A stretch of 64,000 nt of DNA, from IMG/VR virus record IMGVR_UViG_3300027969_004220, positions 1-64,000 of that record; one strand, written 5' to 3'. This stretch comes from a virus (lineage: Duplodnaviria; Caudoviricetes). The notes beneath the pieces are model-generated. The model searched no databases. It saw nothing but the letters and a program-made list of their open reading frames with translations, and was not told the origin of the DNA. Both the position numbers and the translations under genes were made by a program. Of this stretch, positions 30,484 through 40,253 are shown piece after piece. Numbering within the stretch: position 1 is the stretch's first letter; the number at the start of each line of letters is the position of its first letter.

Positions 30484-33400
30484 TTATACAACCACCATCA
30501 AAGCATTTCCAGGAGTTTGATATATATCACCTGGAACTAAACCAGCACTTATTGCTAGACCATTACTTCCATATTGTGGTACATTTCCTAAATTTATAAT
30601 TCCTCTTAATTTTGTTTTTGTTATTGTATCAGCACCTAATGTTACTGAGTTTGAGCCTGAACCAGTTGCACCATAACCAATAACAATTTCATTAGAAACA
30701 TTTAAGCTTGTTGAGTTTGCGTTATAACCAATATATATGGATGCAGTTGCGTTTACTAAATTAGAATTACTTCCTGCGTATGATCCAAGAGCTAAATTAT
30801 ATGAACCTGTTCTAACATTGTATAGTGAGTGTACACCAAGAGCAGTATTATAAGTACCAGCTGGTGTTACAGAAGCTATATTTATTCTAAAACCTGAACC
30901 ACCAACACCTGGTAAAATAGGTAAGCCATAAGGACTATAACCATTCTCCCACACACCAAGTACAATTGAAGTATCATGTACAACTGAACCACCATTAGTA
31001 AGAGTAACTGAACTTACTGTACCTCCAGGACCAACAATTATATCCGCTAGTGGAAAATCTGCTAATAGAGTACCTGGATAATAAACAGGTCCTGATTTAT
31101 AATTTAATGGAATACCTGAATATGTACCTGGTGTATAGTTAGAACCTGGTGAAAATGTTGCAGCCAATGTAGCTATTATACTTGTATTCCAATTTAATGC
31201 ACCTTTTCCAATTGCAACATTAAAATCACCTTTATTATTTTTATATAATGTATATTCACCAAGAGCAGTATTATAATTACCAGAATTTCCAAAGTTTAAT
31301 GACTGATAACCTATTCCAATATTATAAGAACCTGTTTTATTCCACAATAGTGAATTAGGACCAAGACCAATATTATATTGACCAGTTGAAGTATAAAATA
31401 GTGCACTATTACCAATTGCAATATTATTACTAGATAATCCAAATATACCACCACCCGTATCTAAATTATTTAATGTATTCATACCAAGTGCAATATTTGA
31501 CGAACCATCTACTGCTCTATTCATTGCACTATTACCAATTGCAATATTATAGTAACCTCCTGTATTATAGTATAATACTTCATAACCAATTGCAGTATTA
31601 CTACTTGTATTAGTATTACTATATAATGCACCTTTTCCAACTATAGTATTATAACTACCAATTGAATTATAAAATAATGCACTATCTCCAACTACAGTAT
31701 TATATTCACCAGTTGTATTTCTTAATAGTGAATTATAACCCACTGCAGTATTTGCCTTACCTGTTGTATTTAAAGATAATGAGTTTGCTCCAACTGCAGT
31801 ACATGGAAAGGACTGGTAACTTGTAACTTTGTATGGACCATCAACTTGAGCAACATAGCTACTCAATGCATTAAATCCAACTGCAGTATTACCACTATTT
31901 GATTTATTAGAATATAATGCACCATAACCAATTGCAGTATTAAAATTAGGAACTACTATATTAGAGATTTCTACTGAGAATCCAGTACCTGAACCTCCTA
32001 TACTTGATGCAGGTGCAGTCATTATTGTACTAAGATCTTTAAAACCTGCACCAAAATTTGTTCCTAATGTAACTGATGTAACTGAACCACCAGAAACAAC
32101 AATTTGAACTCCCGTAGGATATGATATTGCAGTAGAACCACTTAAATATGTTAAACTAACATTTGGATAGATTCCATCTACATATCCACTACCTCCTGTT
32201 ACTTTACCCAATCCATTAACAATTTGACTACCAACAAAACCTGATCCTAAAGTAGATGTAGTATTGTACATTGACTGATATCCAACTGCAGAATTATAAC
32301 CACCAGTTGTATTTGAGTATAATGAATTAGAACCAATTGTAGTATTATAAGTACCAGTTGTATTATAATACATTGATTGGTAACCAATTGAATTATTACT
32401 ACCACCACTTGTATTACTAAATAATGATTGATATCCAAGTGCGGTATTACCAGAGCCAGTTGTTATATAACTTAATTTTACTGAGAAAGTTACTCCAGTT
32501 CCTAAATTGGCACCCATAATAGTTGTAACATCTTTAAAACCACTACCAGAGCTAACTAGTGTAACAGTACTTACAGAACTAGTTGAACCAACATAAACAG
32601 TTACTATTGGATAAATATTTGCGGTACTACCAGATATATATGATAATTGAACATTTGAAAATGTACTACTTGCTGTATATCCAGAACCACCATCAGTTAT
32701 TATTAGGGCTGAAGTAACTGCAGTATTATTATATAATGATGAAACCCCAAATGCAGAGTTACCATCACCAGTTGTATTATTATATAATGACTGATATCCA
32801 ACTGCAGAATTATAACCACCAGTTGTATTTGAGTATAATGAATTAGAACCAATTGCAGTATTATTTGTACCGGTTGATACTAATAAAGCATTTAATCCAT
32901 ATAAAGTATTTGAACCTCTTGCATCATTATAAACACTTCCATTTGGTGCAACTACTAATGAAGTAACTAAACTTGATCCAGTTGTTGCTCTTGTTGAAAA
33001 TTTAATTCCACCAGTAGAAACTGAATTATTACCAGTTATTGCATATCCAGTTATTAGTGCATATCTATGTCCAACATTATAAGGTTGTGATGCACCTGGT
33101 TGTCCATTTTGTGAGAATGATATTTCAGATATAGAATCAAATGTTCCAGTATCACCATTATACAAATCTAACATAACATTACTACCAATTGTAGTTGATG
33201 ATGTACTTGATTGTATAAATAATTTAACACCAATGATTGATTGTGTTGAACCAATATTTACATAGCCTCCTAATGTATTAAACATGACTTCACCATCAGT
33301 AACCTCAATAGATCTAAATTTATTTAGATCATTTGTCAATGTTGGTTTAATATAAATACCTCTATCTATACCTGATGCAGTACCTGTTTTATTTATAGTA

Positions 33401-34854
33401 GGACTTAATTCAATCATTCTTAATTGATTATTAGAAGAACTAGCACCAATTGTATATTCTTGTAACATAATTTTTTGAGTTACATTAGAATAACCTAATG
33501 GAAGAGTAGAATATATTGGATCAAACTTAAATGCAGTACCAGTACTATATGCTTTGAATATTATACTATTATTACCATCATACATACCAGTAGCACCATC
33601 ATAAAATACATATCGACCACCAGATTGTGATGTAATATAACTACCATTTGTGTGTACTGCAAAACCAAAACTACCTACATTTATGTCAAGTCTTGCATTA
33701 AAAGCAGAAGAAAATGTTGGTCCTATTGATACTTTACCAGAATCCTCAACTAAGAATATACTTGCACTATTACTCCAAGTTGCACCAGTTCCAACAACTT
33801 TCATAATACTTGCTGTAGTACCTTTAACAAATAATGTACTTTGTTGAGTGTTAACAAATGGACTGAATCCTGCAAAAGTATAGTTTGAACCAATCCATAA
33901 GTTTCCTATAGTACCCATTGGGTTTTGAAACTCTATTGCATTTCCCCATAAGTTTGTTATTTGATAACCATTAAATTTCCATCCATATCTAAACAATGTA
34001 TCTGTACCTATAACAATTTCAGCACCACCAGGTGAGTATATAGCAGTTTTACTACCAAAAGTAATAGAACCAGTAGGTATCGGAAAGTAAGAAGCAGAAA
34101 ATGTTGCACCTATTACTCTTGTATCACCACTAAATATACTATCACCTTGTTCATTTACAACTAGTGATAATGTACCACCAGTTGACGAAACTGAAAATCT
34201 ACTACTTGATGTAACCCCAGTACCAACTGATAAAGCACCAGTTCTTACGTTTGAATATGTTCCTATAGAAACATTACCTAAAGTAGTCGAACTACTAGTA
34301 GTTGAGAAAAACGAAAACTCACTTGAAGATTCATCCCATATAAAAGCTTGTGTAGCACCAGTACCTCTATTTATAAATAAACCAGAATCCATTGTCGGTG
34401 TTCCTAATTGATCACCGGCCAATAACATTATTGGGTCTTTAACAATTAAGTTTTCTGAATTTACTGTTGATGTTGTTCCAATAATCAATAGATTACCATT
34501 GATAGTAATAGTATCACCATCATCAGTTATTATACTATCACCTAATATAGACTGACCAAGCCATTTAGTAACACTATTGGTTGTACCAGATCCAGAAAAT
34601 CCACTACTTATAGGTGTCCAACTAGTAGTAACTGTAGAATCGTTTCCAGATAAATAATAAAGCTTGTTAGTATTTGTAACTAATAAAGTACTATAATTCT
34701 GTTTTAACTTTTCTGGTATACCATCAAATGCATTATATAAATCGATATTACTAAAATTAGCAATAATTCTTAATCCGCCTTTAACATCTGTAACATCAGC
34801 AATTGGATAGTTTGGGTTATTGTGTCCTAGTATGTCACCAAATTGAATACTCAT
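30484..34854 (-). CDS. Tail fibre/adhesin-like protein with NTAIGYxSL repeats
   Basis: 1456 aa; shares the MSIQFGDIL.HNNPNYPIADV N-terminus; interspersed GGSGY/VTLV..GSG modules. Confidence 0.7.
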   Translation of the reverse strand: MSIQFGDILGHNNPNYPIADVTDVKGGLRIIANFSNIDLYNAFDGIPEKLKQNYSTLLVTNTNKLYYLSGNDSTVTTSWTPISSGFSGSGTTNSVTKWLGQSILGDSIITDDGDTITINGNLLIIGTTSTVNSENLIVKDPIMLLAGDQLGTPTMDSGLFINRGTGATQAFIWDESSSEFSFFSTTSSSTTLGNVSIGTYSNVRTGALSVGTGVTSSSRFSVSSTGGTLSLVVNEQGDSIFSGDTRVIGATFSASYFPIPTGSITFGSKTAIYSPGGAEIVIGTDTLFRYGWKFNGYQITNLWGNAIEFQNPMGTIGNLWIGSNYTFAGFSPFVNTQQSTLFVKGTTASIMKVVGTGATWSNSASIFLVEDSGKVSIGPTFSSAFNARLDINVGSFGFAVHTNGSYITSQSGGRYVFYDGATGMYDGNNSIIFKAYSTGTAFKFDPIYSTLPLGYSNVTQKIMLQEYTIGASSSNNQLRMIELSPTINKTGTASGIDRGIYIKPTLTNDLNKFRSIEVTDGEVMFNTLGGYVNIGSTQSIIGVKLFIQSSTSSTTIGSNVMLDLYNGDTGTFDSISEISFSQNGQPGASQPYNVGHRYALITGYAITGNNSVSTGGIKFSTRATTGSSLVTSLVVAPNGSVYNDARGSNTLYGLNALLVSTGTNNTAIGSNSLYSNTTGGYNSAVGYQSLYNNTTGDGNSAFGVSSLYNNTAVTSALIITDGGSGYTASSTFSNVQLSYISGSTANIYPIVTVYVGSTSSVSTVTLVSSGSGFKDVTTIMGANLGTGVTFSVKLSYITTGSGNTALGYQSLFSNTSGGSNNSIGYQSMYYNTTGTYNTTIGSNSLYSNTTGGYNSAVGYQSMYNTTSTLGSGFVGSQIVNGLGKVTGGSGYVDGIYPNVSLTYLSGSTAISYPTGVQIVVSGGSVTSVTLGTNFGAGFKDLSTIMTAPASSIGGSGTGFSVEISNIVVPNFNTAIGYGALYSNKSNSGNTAVGFNALSSYVAQVDGPYKVTSYQSFPCTAVGANSLSLNTTGKANTAVGYNSLLRNTTGEYNTVVGDSALFYNSIGSYNTIVGKGALYSNTNTSSNTAIGYEVLYYNTGGYYNIAIGNSAMNRAVDGSSNIALGMNTLNNLDTGGGIFGLSSNNIAIGNSALFYTSTGQYNIGLGPNSLLWNKTGSYNIGIGYQSLNFGNSGNYNTALGEYTLYKNNKGDFNVAIGKGALNWNTSIIATLAATFSPGSNYTPGTYSGIPLNYKSGPVYYPGTLLADFPLADIIVGPGGTVSSVTLTNGGSVVHDTSIVLGVWENGYSPYGLPILPGVGGSGFRINIASVTPAGTYNTALGVHSLYNVRTGSYNLALGSYAGSNSNLVNATASIYIGYNANSTSLNVSNEIVIGYGATGSGSNSVTLGADTITKTKLRGIINLGNVPQYGSNGLAISAGLVPGDIYQTPGNALMVVV
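32272..32855 (-). repeat. 68-nt exact intragenic duplication (32272-32339 and 32788-32855)
   Basis: Identical TGACTGATATCC...GAACCAATTG segments encoding IGSNSLYSNTTGGYNSAVGYQS. Confidence 0.8.
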
Positions 34855-34877
34855 TTATTTTTATTTATTTTTGAATT

Positions 34878-37622
34878 TTATAATGTTGTTATTGTTACTG
34901 TTGTTCCATTACCATAACTATTATCAGCAACTGCAATATATACAGTATATGATACTAATGCACCACTTATTGTCGTAATTGATAGTGCAGAAGTTCTTTT
35001 TATAAATGCGGTTAGTGTACTTGATACGGTTGGTGGTGGAATCGATTCTGGATAAGGAGTTACTGTTAAAGATGAAAGATCTCCTAATGAAGAAGGATAA
35101 GCAAATACCAATCTTGAACCAGCACCCCCATCATTGGAAGCAAATTTTTGTGCCTTAGTACCAAATTTATAATTTCCAAGTCCTTCCACAATACTTTGAA
35201 GAGTAACTGAATCATATGTATCAACATCTGTTTGAGTAAGACTTATCGAAGCTGATCCAATATTTGCATATCCATAGTAAAATACATTACTAAATGCTAA
35301 TGATGCACTAACTGGTGTACTATCACTTCCAGTTGCCGCAATTACTTGCGAACCAGATACAATTAAACCAGTTTTTGGTTTTGATATTGTTGTAGTATAA
35401 GTAGTACCACTAGATAATCCAGTAGTAGATAAAGTTGCACTAACTTTTGGATATGAACCTGAACTAAATGTATATGATCCAGTTACTGTAGATGGGGTTG
35501 AAAATCCAGTAGTTGCTGCAGGAATACTACTTGTTCCAGTATATTTAACTATACATCCATTAGGCACTGTTACTGAATTCGATGTACTAAATGTACCTAC
35601 TGAAAACGTAGCCATACTTGTTCCAGTACCTTTTATTACAGTCGGTCCAAATAGTGTAGTACCATCAGACTCATATATCTCCCATCTAGAAACAATTGTT
35701 GGAGTAACTAATGCAGTTGCAGCTAAGTCTATTTCAACTTGTTGATTATTTAACTTACCAACTAATCTAGCGGGGTTTTGTTGAGGTAAATCACCTTGAA
35801 AAACCAAATTATATTCAGATAAAAGTAATATTAAGGTTCTATCATATAAATAATTATCAAATACTAAGTTGTATTGTATTGAACTTGTATTAGTATTCAA
35901 ATTATATTGACCCGATAAATTATTCATTGTTATATTAGTTTGTGAAATTCCTCTAAAGTTGATATTTTCATTATAAGAATTCACTATATTTTGACTACCA
36001 ATTCCCTTACCATTAGCAGTATTGTATACATTACCCCATTGAAATGCTTTTATTGGATTATATAATCCAATATCATCTATCCAATAACTAATATTTTGTG
36101 TATTAGTACTTACTATATTTGTACCTCTCTCACTTCTATAAATTATTTTATTAGTAAATCTATCATACTTAATTTCATCATAACTAATATTATAGTTTGG
36201 AGTCGTATAAGAAAGAAGTGTCCATTCTGATAAGGCTAATGAAAAATTATCAAGTGATGCTAATGTATTAACTCCAGAGATATTACTCCAAGCTCTACCA
36301 CCCCAATAAACAACAGAACCGGTTGCGTAGGATGATGAAGGACCCGCCCATATTTTATATCCGGCAACTGTTTGATCATATTTAGGATTATAGAATTTAC
36401 CTTCTCCAACATCATTTAATATTCCTTGTGAATTTGTTGTTAGGTATATTTCTGTACCACCATATAAATCAATATCAGCATCTGTTATTCTATAAGTACT
36501 AGATGATGACAATGTTGACAATCCAGCAAATGCTGTAGCAGTTATAGTAATAACCGGTGTTCCAACTCCAGAAGACCAGCTAAGATTACCAACACCATCT
36601 GTTTTTATAACTTGCCCAGAAGTTCCATCTGATAAAGGTAGTTTATATTGATTATTAATGTCTACTTTACCACCTAAATAAACCGTATCTGCACTATCAA
36701 CTATTAAATCTTGACCACCAATAACAACTGTATTAGATAAACCAGGATCAACTGCTGCTCTAGAAGATGATATAAAAGTAATGTTAGTATTTTCAGTTCG
36801 TGTAGTAAATCCATTATCAATATCAGTAATAAAAATTCCACTATAATCACTCACCAGAGTATTCTTTGAATTTAATAAACCAATAATATTTCCAATTGAT
36901 GTTAAGTAAGTTTCATTATTACCGTTAAATTTTAACTGACCATCTCCACTTATTCCTTTTACATAACCACCATCTTTTATTATTAAATTAGGTGCATAAA
37001 CAGAGTTTGATTGTGTTCCAACAATCTGAGAACCACCAATAATAACACTATTATTAACGGTATTTGAAAATCTTGAACCATCTGATGATATAAATGCAGG
37101 AACTCTATTACCACTTGTTCTCACAGTGGTTGCTGTTGTAAACTCTAAAACATTTGTTACTCCTAATTTTAAATAAGAGTTGTTATTTTGTAATAAAAAT
37201 TGATTTGCACCATAACTTAAACTAATATAAGATGTATTCATTATTACAGATGAACTTAAACCAGTTAGTTGAATAGTATTATCATCCATAGTTAAAGTAG
37301 AACCTGTTATTGAAGATGATAATTGTACATAATTACCATAACTACCATTATTATCTAATCTTAAACTGGCTGATCCACCATTAGATCTTAGACGAGTATT
37401 TAGATCTAAGTATATAGAATTCGTACCGGTTGTTTTACCAATAGATAATGTTTGTGCAAGTGAACCTATTCCACCACCTGATCCAATTGGTGTAATAACA
37501 CCTAAATGATCTTTTTGTGTTAAAACTCCTAATGTATCATATCCAACTACGAATCCACCAATTGAAGAAGGTGTTGCCACAGTTATCATATTTACTCTAC
37601 TCTCAAAAAGAACTAATGCCAT
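34878..37622 (-). CDS. Putative virion structural/tail fibre protein
   Basis: 914-aa S/T/G-rich ORF with DGTSGQVIKTDGVGNLSW fibre-like motif; TAATATATA upstream. Confidence 0.55.
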   Translation of the reverse strand: MALVLFESRVNMITVATPSSIGGFVVGYDTLGVLTQKDHLGVITPIGSGGGIGSLAQTLSIGKTTGTNSIYLDLNTRLRSNGGSASLRLDNNGSYGNYVQLSSSITGSTLTMDDNTIQLTGLSSSVIMNTSYISLSYGANQFLLQNNNSYLKLGVTNVLEFTTATTVRTSGNRVPAFISSDGSRFSNTVNNSVIIGGSQIVGTQSNSVYAPNLIIKDGGYVKGISGDGQLKFNGNNETYLTSIGNIIGLLNSKNTLVSDYSGIFITDIDNGFTTRTENTNITFISSSRAAVDPGLSNTVVIGGQDLIVDSADTVYLGGKVDINNQYKLPLSDGTSGQVIKTDGVGNLSWSSGVGTPVITITATAFAGLSTLSSSSTYRITDADIDLYGGTEIYLTTNSQGILNDVGEGKFYNPKYDQTVAGYKIWAGPSSSYATGSVVYWGGRAWSNISGVNTLASLDNFSLALSEWTLLSYTTPNYNISYDEIKYDRFTNKIIYRSERGTNIVSTNTQNISYWIDDIGLYNPIKAFQWGNVYNTANGKGIGSQNIVNSYNENINFRGISQTNITMNNLSGQYNLNTNTSSIQYNLVFDNYLYDRTLILLLSEYNLVFQGDLPQQNPARLVGKLNNQQVEIDLAATALVTPTIVSRWEIYESDGTTLFGPTVIKGTGTSMATFSVGTFSTSNSVTVPNGCIVKYTGTSSIPAATTGFSTPSTVTGSYTFSSGSYPKVSATLSTTGLSSGTTYTTTISKPKTGLIVSGSQVIAATGSDSTPVSASLAFSNVFYYGYANIGSASISLTQTDVDTYDSVTLQSIVEGLGNYKFGTKAQKFASNDGGAGSRLVFAYPSSLGDLSSLTVTPYPESIPPPTVSSTLTAFIKRTSALSITTISGALVSYTVYIAVADNSYGNGTTVTITTL

Positions 37623-37689
37623 AATTTTATATAAAATATTTTGTACCTTATATATTATTTTTTATATTTGTAAATTAAAGGAAAGCAAC

Positions 37690-38193
37690 ATGATTATTAC
37701 TAAAGGTGAAATAAGTGAGAAGAAAAATAAATCTAAGATATTTAGATTTGAAAATGAAGAGTATGAAAAGGAACATTATAGTAAATTTGACTTACATCAA
37801 ACTAAAATAAAAACAGGTAAATTCTTTTTGTATGAGTCTGTTACTGGAAGAGGTCAATCAGTTTTGACTTATCCTAAGTTGGGAGTTTTCATAGATACTT
37901 ATCTGGTAGATCAAGCTTTAGAAGTTGAATGGATTGATACTCGAAGAACTTGGGAGTATAAAGTTGAATATGAATATGATTATAATGGTAAAATATACAC
38001 TAATCTTGTCGCTGAAGATAAATCTGAATTAAAAAGTTTAATTCTATGGGATGATGTAATGTATGTTTATGGAATTTGGGATATAAAACCGGATTGGAAA
38101 CAATTAAGACAAGCATATGAAAGAACTTTATGGTTCAAAAAAACAAAATCTGAACTGAGAAATTCTCAAATAAATAGAATACTAAATGGATAA
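37690..38193 (+). CDS. Hypothetical protein with C-terminal RN-motif
   Basis: Ends LRNSQINRILNG; TATATTTG upstream. Confidence 0.6.
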   Translation: MIITKGEISEKKNKSKIFRFENEEYEKEHYSKFDLHQTKIKTGKFFLYESVTGRGQSVLTYPKLGVFIDTYLVDQALEVEWIDTRRTWEYKVEYEYDYNGKIYTNLVAEDKSELKSLILWDDVMYVYGIWDIKPDWKQLRQAYERTLWFKKTKSELRNSQINRILNG

Positions 38194-38452
38194 ACAACAA
38201 ATAATCGACCTAGTAATTACAATGAAAAGTGATGCAGTTAAACTTCAAATATTTGACGCAGCGAGTGCTCTAAGAAGTATTGAGAATACTTTTAAAGGTC
38301 AGTTTGTATTTCCAGAAGAACAAAAAGAAGTCACTGTTGAAAATTTTATATCATTACTAAATCATTATATCCAAAGAACCCAGGATGAAGAAACCAAATC
38401 TTATCTAAAATCTATTTTAAGAGATTTCAAGATAAATTTAGTATCTAGGTAA
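38186..38452 (+). CDS. Hypothetical protein (UVR-like N-terminus, C-terminal RD-motif)
   Basis: FDAASALRSIE; ends LRDFKINLVSR. Confidence 0.55.
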   Translation: MDKQQIIDLVITMKSDAVKLQIFDAASALRSIENTFKGQFVFPEEQKEVTVENFISLLNHYIQRTQDEETKSYLKSILRDFKINLVSR

Positions 38453-38806
38453 TTGCATATCAGTTGTAATCTCAATCTTAAATCCAAATCCAGAATCATC
38501 ATCTGATGTATATCTAACTTCTGAGTCATATCCTCTATCACCGCTAAATGTCATTGGTTTTGGACCAGTCATTTGTTGTTGTCTTCTCATTTGATTATTT
38601 CTTTCTTCTGATTCTTGTTGAGCAATCATTTCTTCAAATGTTAAACCCGGTGGAGTCGGAGGAGTTGGATCATCTTGACGAGTTGTAAATTGTTCTGGTT
38701 GATGTCCATATTTACGAAGTAGTTGTTCTGCTTCCCAACTTGGAATATTTGCTGGTCTAGTTTCCTCTGATTGAGGTTCGATCATTGTTACTTGAGTTCT
38801 TTCCAT
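38438..38806 (-). CDS. Hypothetical Q/P-rich protein
   Basis: 122-aa ORF; TTTATATATA upstream. Confidence 0.55.
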   Translation of the reverse strand: MERTQVTMIEPQSEETRPANIPSWEAEQLLRKYGHQPEQFTTRQDDPTPPTPPGLTFEEMIAQQESEERNNQMRRQQQMTGPKPMTFSGDRGYDSEVRYTSDDDSGFGFKIEITTDMQLPRY

Positions 38807-38934
38807 AACTTTTTATTTATTTTATAAGGTATATATAAAAAATTGTCACTATATTTGTACTCAGAAAGAAAAAAAGTTCAAAAATATGAAAAGGAAGAAA
38901 AACTTTTTAATATATAGAACTATAAAACATATAT

Positions 38935-39005
38935 CGCGTTAAAGTGTAAAGGTTGCATGAGACTCTCATAAGGTCTACGGGGTGGTTCGAATCCACGATA
39001 CGCTA
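38935..39005 (+). tRNA. trnM: tRNA-Met(CAU), degenerate initiator-like
   Basis: AGACT-CTCATAA-GGTCT; imperfect acceptor stem with C1 mismatch. Confidence 0.6.
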
Positions 39006-39051
39006 CAAAAGAGATAGATAACGATTTAGATACAAGTCTCAAAGAATATAT

Positions 39052-39124
39052 CGCGGGATAGAGCAGTAGGCAGCTCGTGTGGCTCATAACCATAAGGTCG
39101 GAGGTTCGAGTCCTTCTCCCGCTA
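39052..39124 (+). tRNA. trnfM: tRNA-fMet(CAU)
   Basis: CGCGGGA/TCCCGCT with C1:U72 mismatch; TGTGG-CTCATAA-CCATA. Confidence 0.85.
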
Positions 39125-39221
39125 CTAAAAGAATAAAAAAAGTTAAAAAAGATTTGGTGAATTAAAAACTTATCGTATCTTTGTAGAAGAATTAAAAACA
39201 ACAATTTAAAAAATAGAAAAA

Positions 39222-39323
39222 ATGACAACAATTACTAACATAACAATAGCTATCGAAGCCATAGGCGGGTATGAAGCGGGGTATACAATACCATCGGTCA
39301 GAAGCGTTATGTGTATAAAGTAA
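39222..39323 (+). CDS. Attenuator leader peptide 3 (Ile-AUA/Ala/Glu/Gly/Tyr-rich)
   Basis: MTTITNITIAIEAIGGYEAGYTIPSVRSVMCIK; precedes a terminator and Tyr/Glu/Ile(UAU)/Gly/Ala tRNAs. Confidence 0.85.
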   Translation: MTTITNITIAIEAIGGYEAGYTIPSVRSVMCIK

Positions 39324-39350
39324 TGAGTTGAAAAAACATTATTATACAAC

Positions 39351-39388
39351 AAACCCAATCTGACGTAAAAATCAGATTGGGTTTTTTT
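39351..39388 (+). terminator. Attenuator terminator 3
   Basis: AAACCCAATCTGA-cgtaaaaa-TCAGATTGGGTTT plus T-run. Confidence 0.9.
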
Positions 39389-39402
39389 ATTGAATTATAT
39401 CT

Positions 39403-39488
39403 GGGTAGATATGCAAGTGGTTAAAGCTGGCAGACTGTAAATCTGTTCTCATTCGAGTTCGGGGGTTCGAATCCCTCTCTACCCACCA
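39403..39488 (+). tRNA. trnY: tRNA-Tyr(GUA)
   Basis: GCAGA-CTGTAAA-TCTGT; long variable arm; encoded CCA. Confidence 0.9.
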
Positions 39489-39494
39489 AAATAT

Positions 39495-39567
39495 GGTGTA
39501 TTCGTCTAGCGGTAAGGATTACGCTTTTTCAAAGCGGAGGACGTCGGTTCGAATCCGACATACACTA
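39495..39567 (+). tRNA. trnE: tRNA-Glu(UUC)
   Basis: CGCT-TTTTCAA-AGCG. Confidence 0.85.
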
Positions 39568-39581
39568 CAAAAAACATAATC

Positions 39582-39649
39582 GGGATGGATTATGGTGATA
39601 GCCGGGTCTGTAAAACCCTAGCAGGAGAGTTCGAGTCTCTCGCATCCCA
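39582..39649 (+). tRNA. tRNA-Tyr(GUA), miniature D-arm, no long variable arm
   Basis: GGGT-CTGTAAA-ACCC; GAGAG-TTCGAGT-CTCTC; acceptor GGGATG/CATCCC. Confidence 0.65.
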
Positions 39650-39655
39650 CTGCAA

Positions 39656-39727
39656 GCTGCTATCGTCTAACGGTAGGACAACATCTTCTCAAGGTGTGAG
39701 ATACGGGTTCGACCCCCGTTAGCAGTA
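39656..39727 (+). tRNA. trnE: tRNA-Glu(CUC)
   Basis: ACATC-TTCTCAA-GGTGT. Confidence 0.85.
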
Positions 39728-39734
39728 CAAAAAT

Positions 39735-39957
39735 TGGGTTAACTTCCGGTGTAGGAACCGGCGTCCTCAGGTAAGGGAGGAAGCTAACAAAGCTAAGGAA
39801 AATGGTGGTAAACAAACCACAAGGTGCGAGACCCCTTTAGCCCACAAAGTAGATATTTGAGTGTAAGCAAGTACAATATCAGTCGTTAGGTTCTTACAGA
39901 CAGTGAACGATGGTCCGAATGTCATTATTCGGTGATGGATACCAGGCAACTCCATCA
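39735..39957 (+). ncRNA. Unknown highly structured RNA of about 220 nt embedded in tRNA operon 3
   Basis: GC-rich; many helices (CCGGT/ACCGG, GCTAAGG/CTTTAGC, GTGGT/ACCAC, GATATT/AATATC, CCGAAT/ATTCGG, TGATGGA/TCCATCA); loop-loop TGTAAG/CTTACA. Confidence 0.7.
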
Positions 39958-39962
39958 TATAT

Positions 39963-40034
39963 GATCCGGTCTTCTAATGGTCAGGAAGCAAGGTTTTCAT
40001 CCTTGTAATCAGGGTTCGATTCCCTGTCGGATTA
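39963..40034 (+). tRNA. trnE: tRNA-Glu(UUC)
   Basis: CAAGG-TTTTCAT-CCTTG. Confidence 0.85.
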
Positions 40035-40043
40035 CAAAAAAAC

Positions 40044-40118
40044 TGGTAAGTAGCTTAGACGGTAGAAGCATCTGTCTTATACACAGAAGATAGTCGGGTT
40101 CGATACCCACCTTACCAA
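40044..40118 (+). tRNA. trnI: tRNA-Ile(UAU)
   Basis: TCTGT-CTTATAC-ACAGA; acceptor TGGTAAG/CTTACCA. Confidence 0.8.
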
Positions 40119-40125
40119 CAAAATC

Positions 40126-40199
40126 GCGGGAGTCGTATAATGGCTCGATTATGCTGGCTTTCCACGTCAGAGACGAGGGTTCGATTCCCTTCTCCCGCA
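40126..40199 (+). tRNA. trnG: tRNA-Gly(UCC)
   Basis: CTGGC-TTTCCAC-GTCAG; acceptor GCGGGAG/CTCCCGC. Confidence 0.85.
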
Positions 40200-40253
40200 C
40201 CGCAGACTTTTTTGACTTTTTTATTTTAATATATATAATAAAAAAGTCTGAAA

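Noticed and set aside
32272-32855. Repeat pair in a fibre gene as a possible DGR template/variable repeat
   Set aside because: The copies are identical, both are in-frame coding, there are no adenine-specific differences, and the window has no reverse transcriptase
39735-39957. tmRNA or RNase P RNA, suggested by the presence of smpB
   Set aside because: No GGGG.../TCCACCA alanine-like ends or T-arm, and no RNase P P4 consensus (GAGGAAAGTCC ... AACAGAA)
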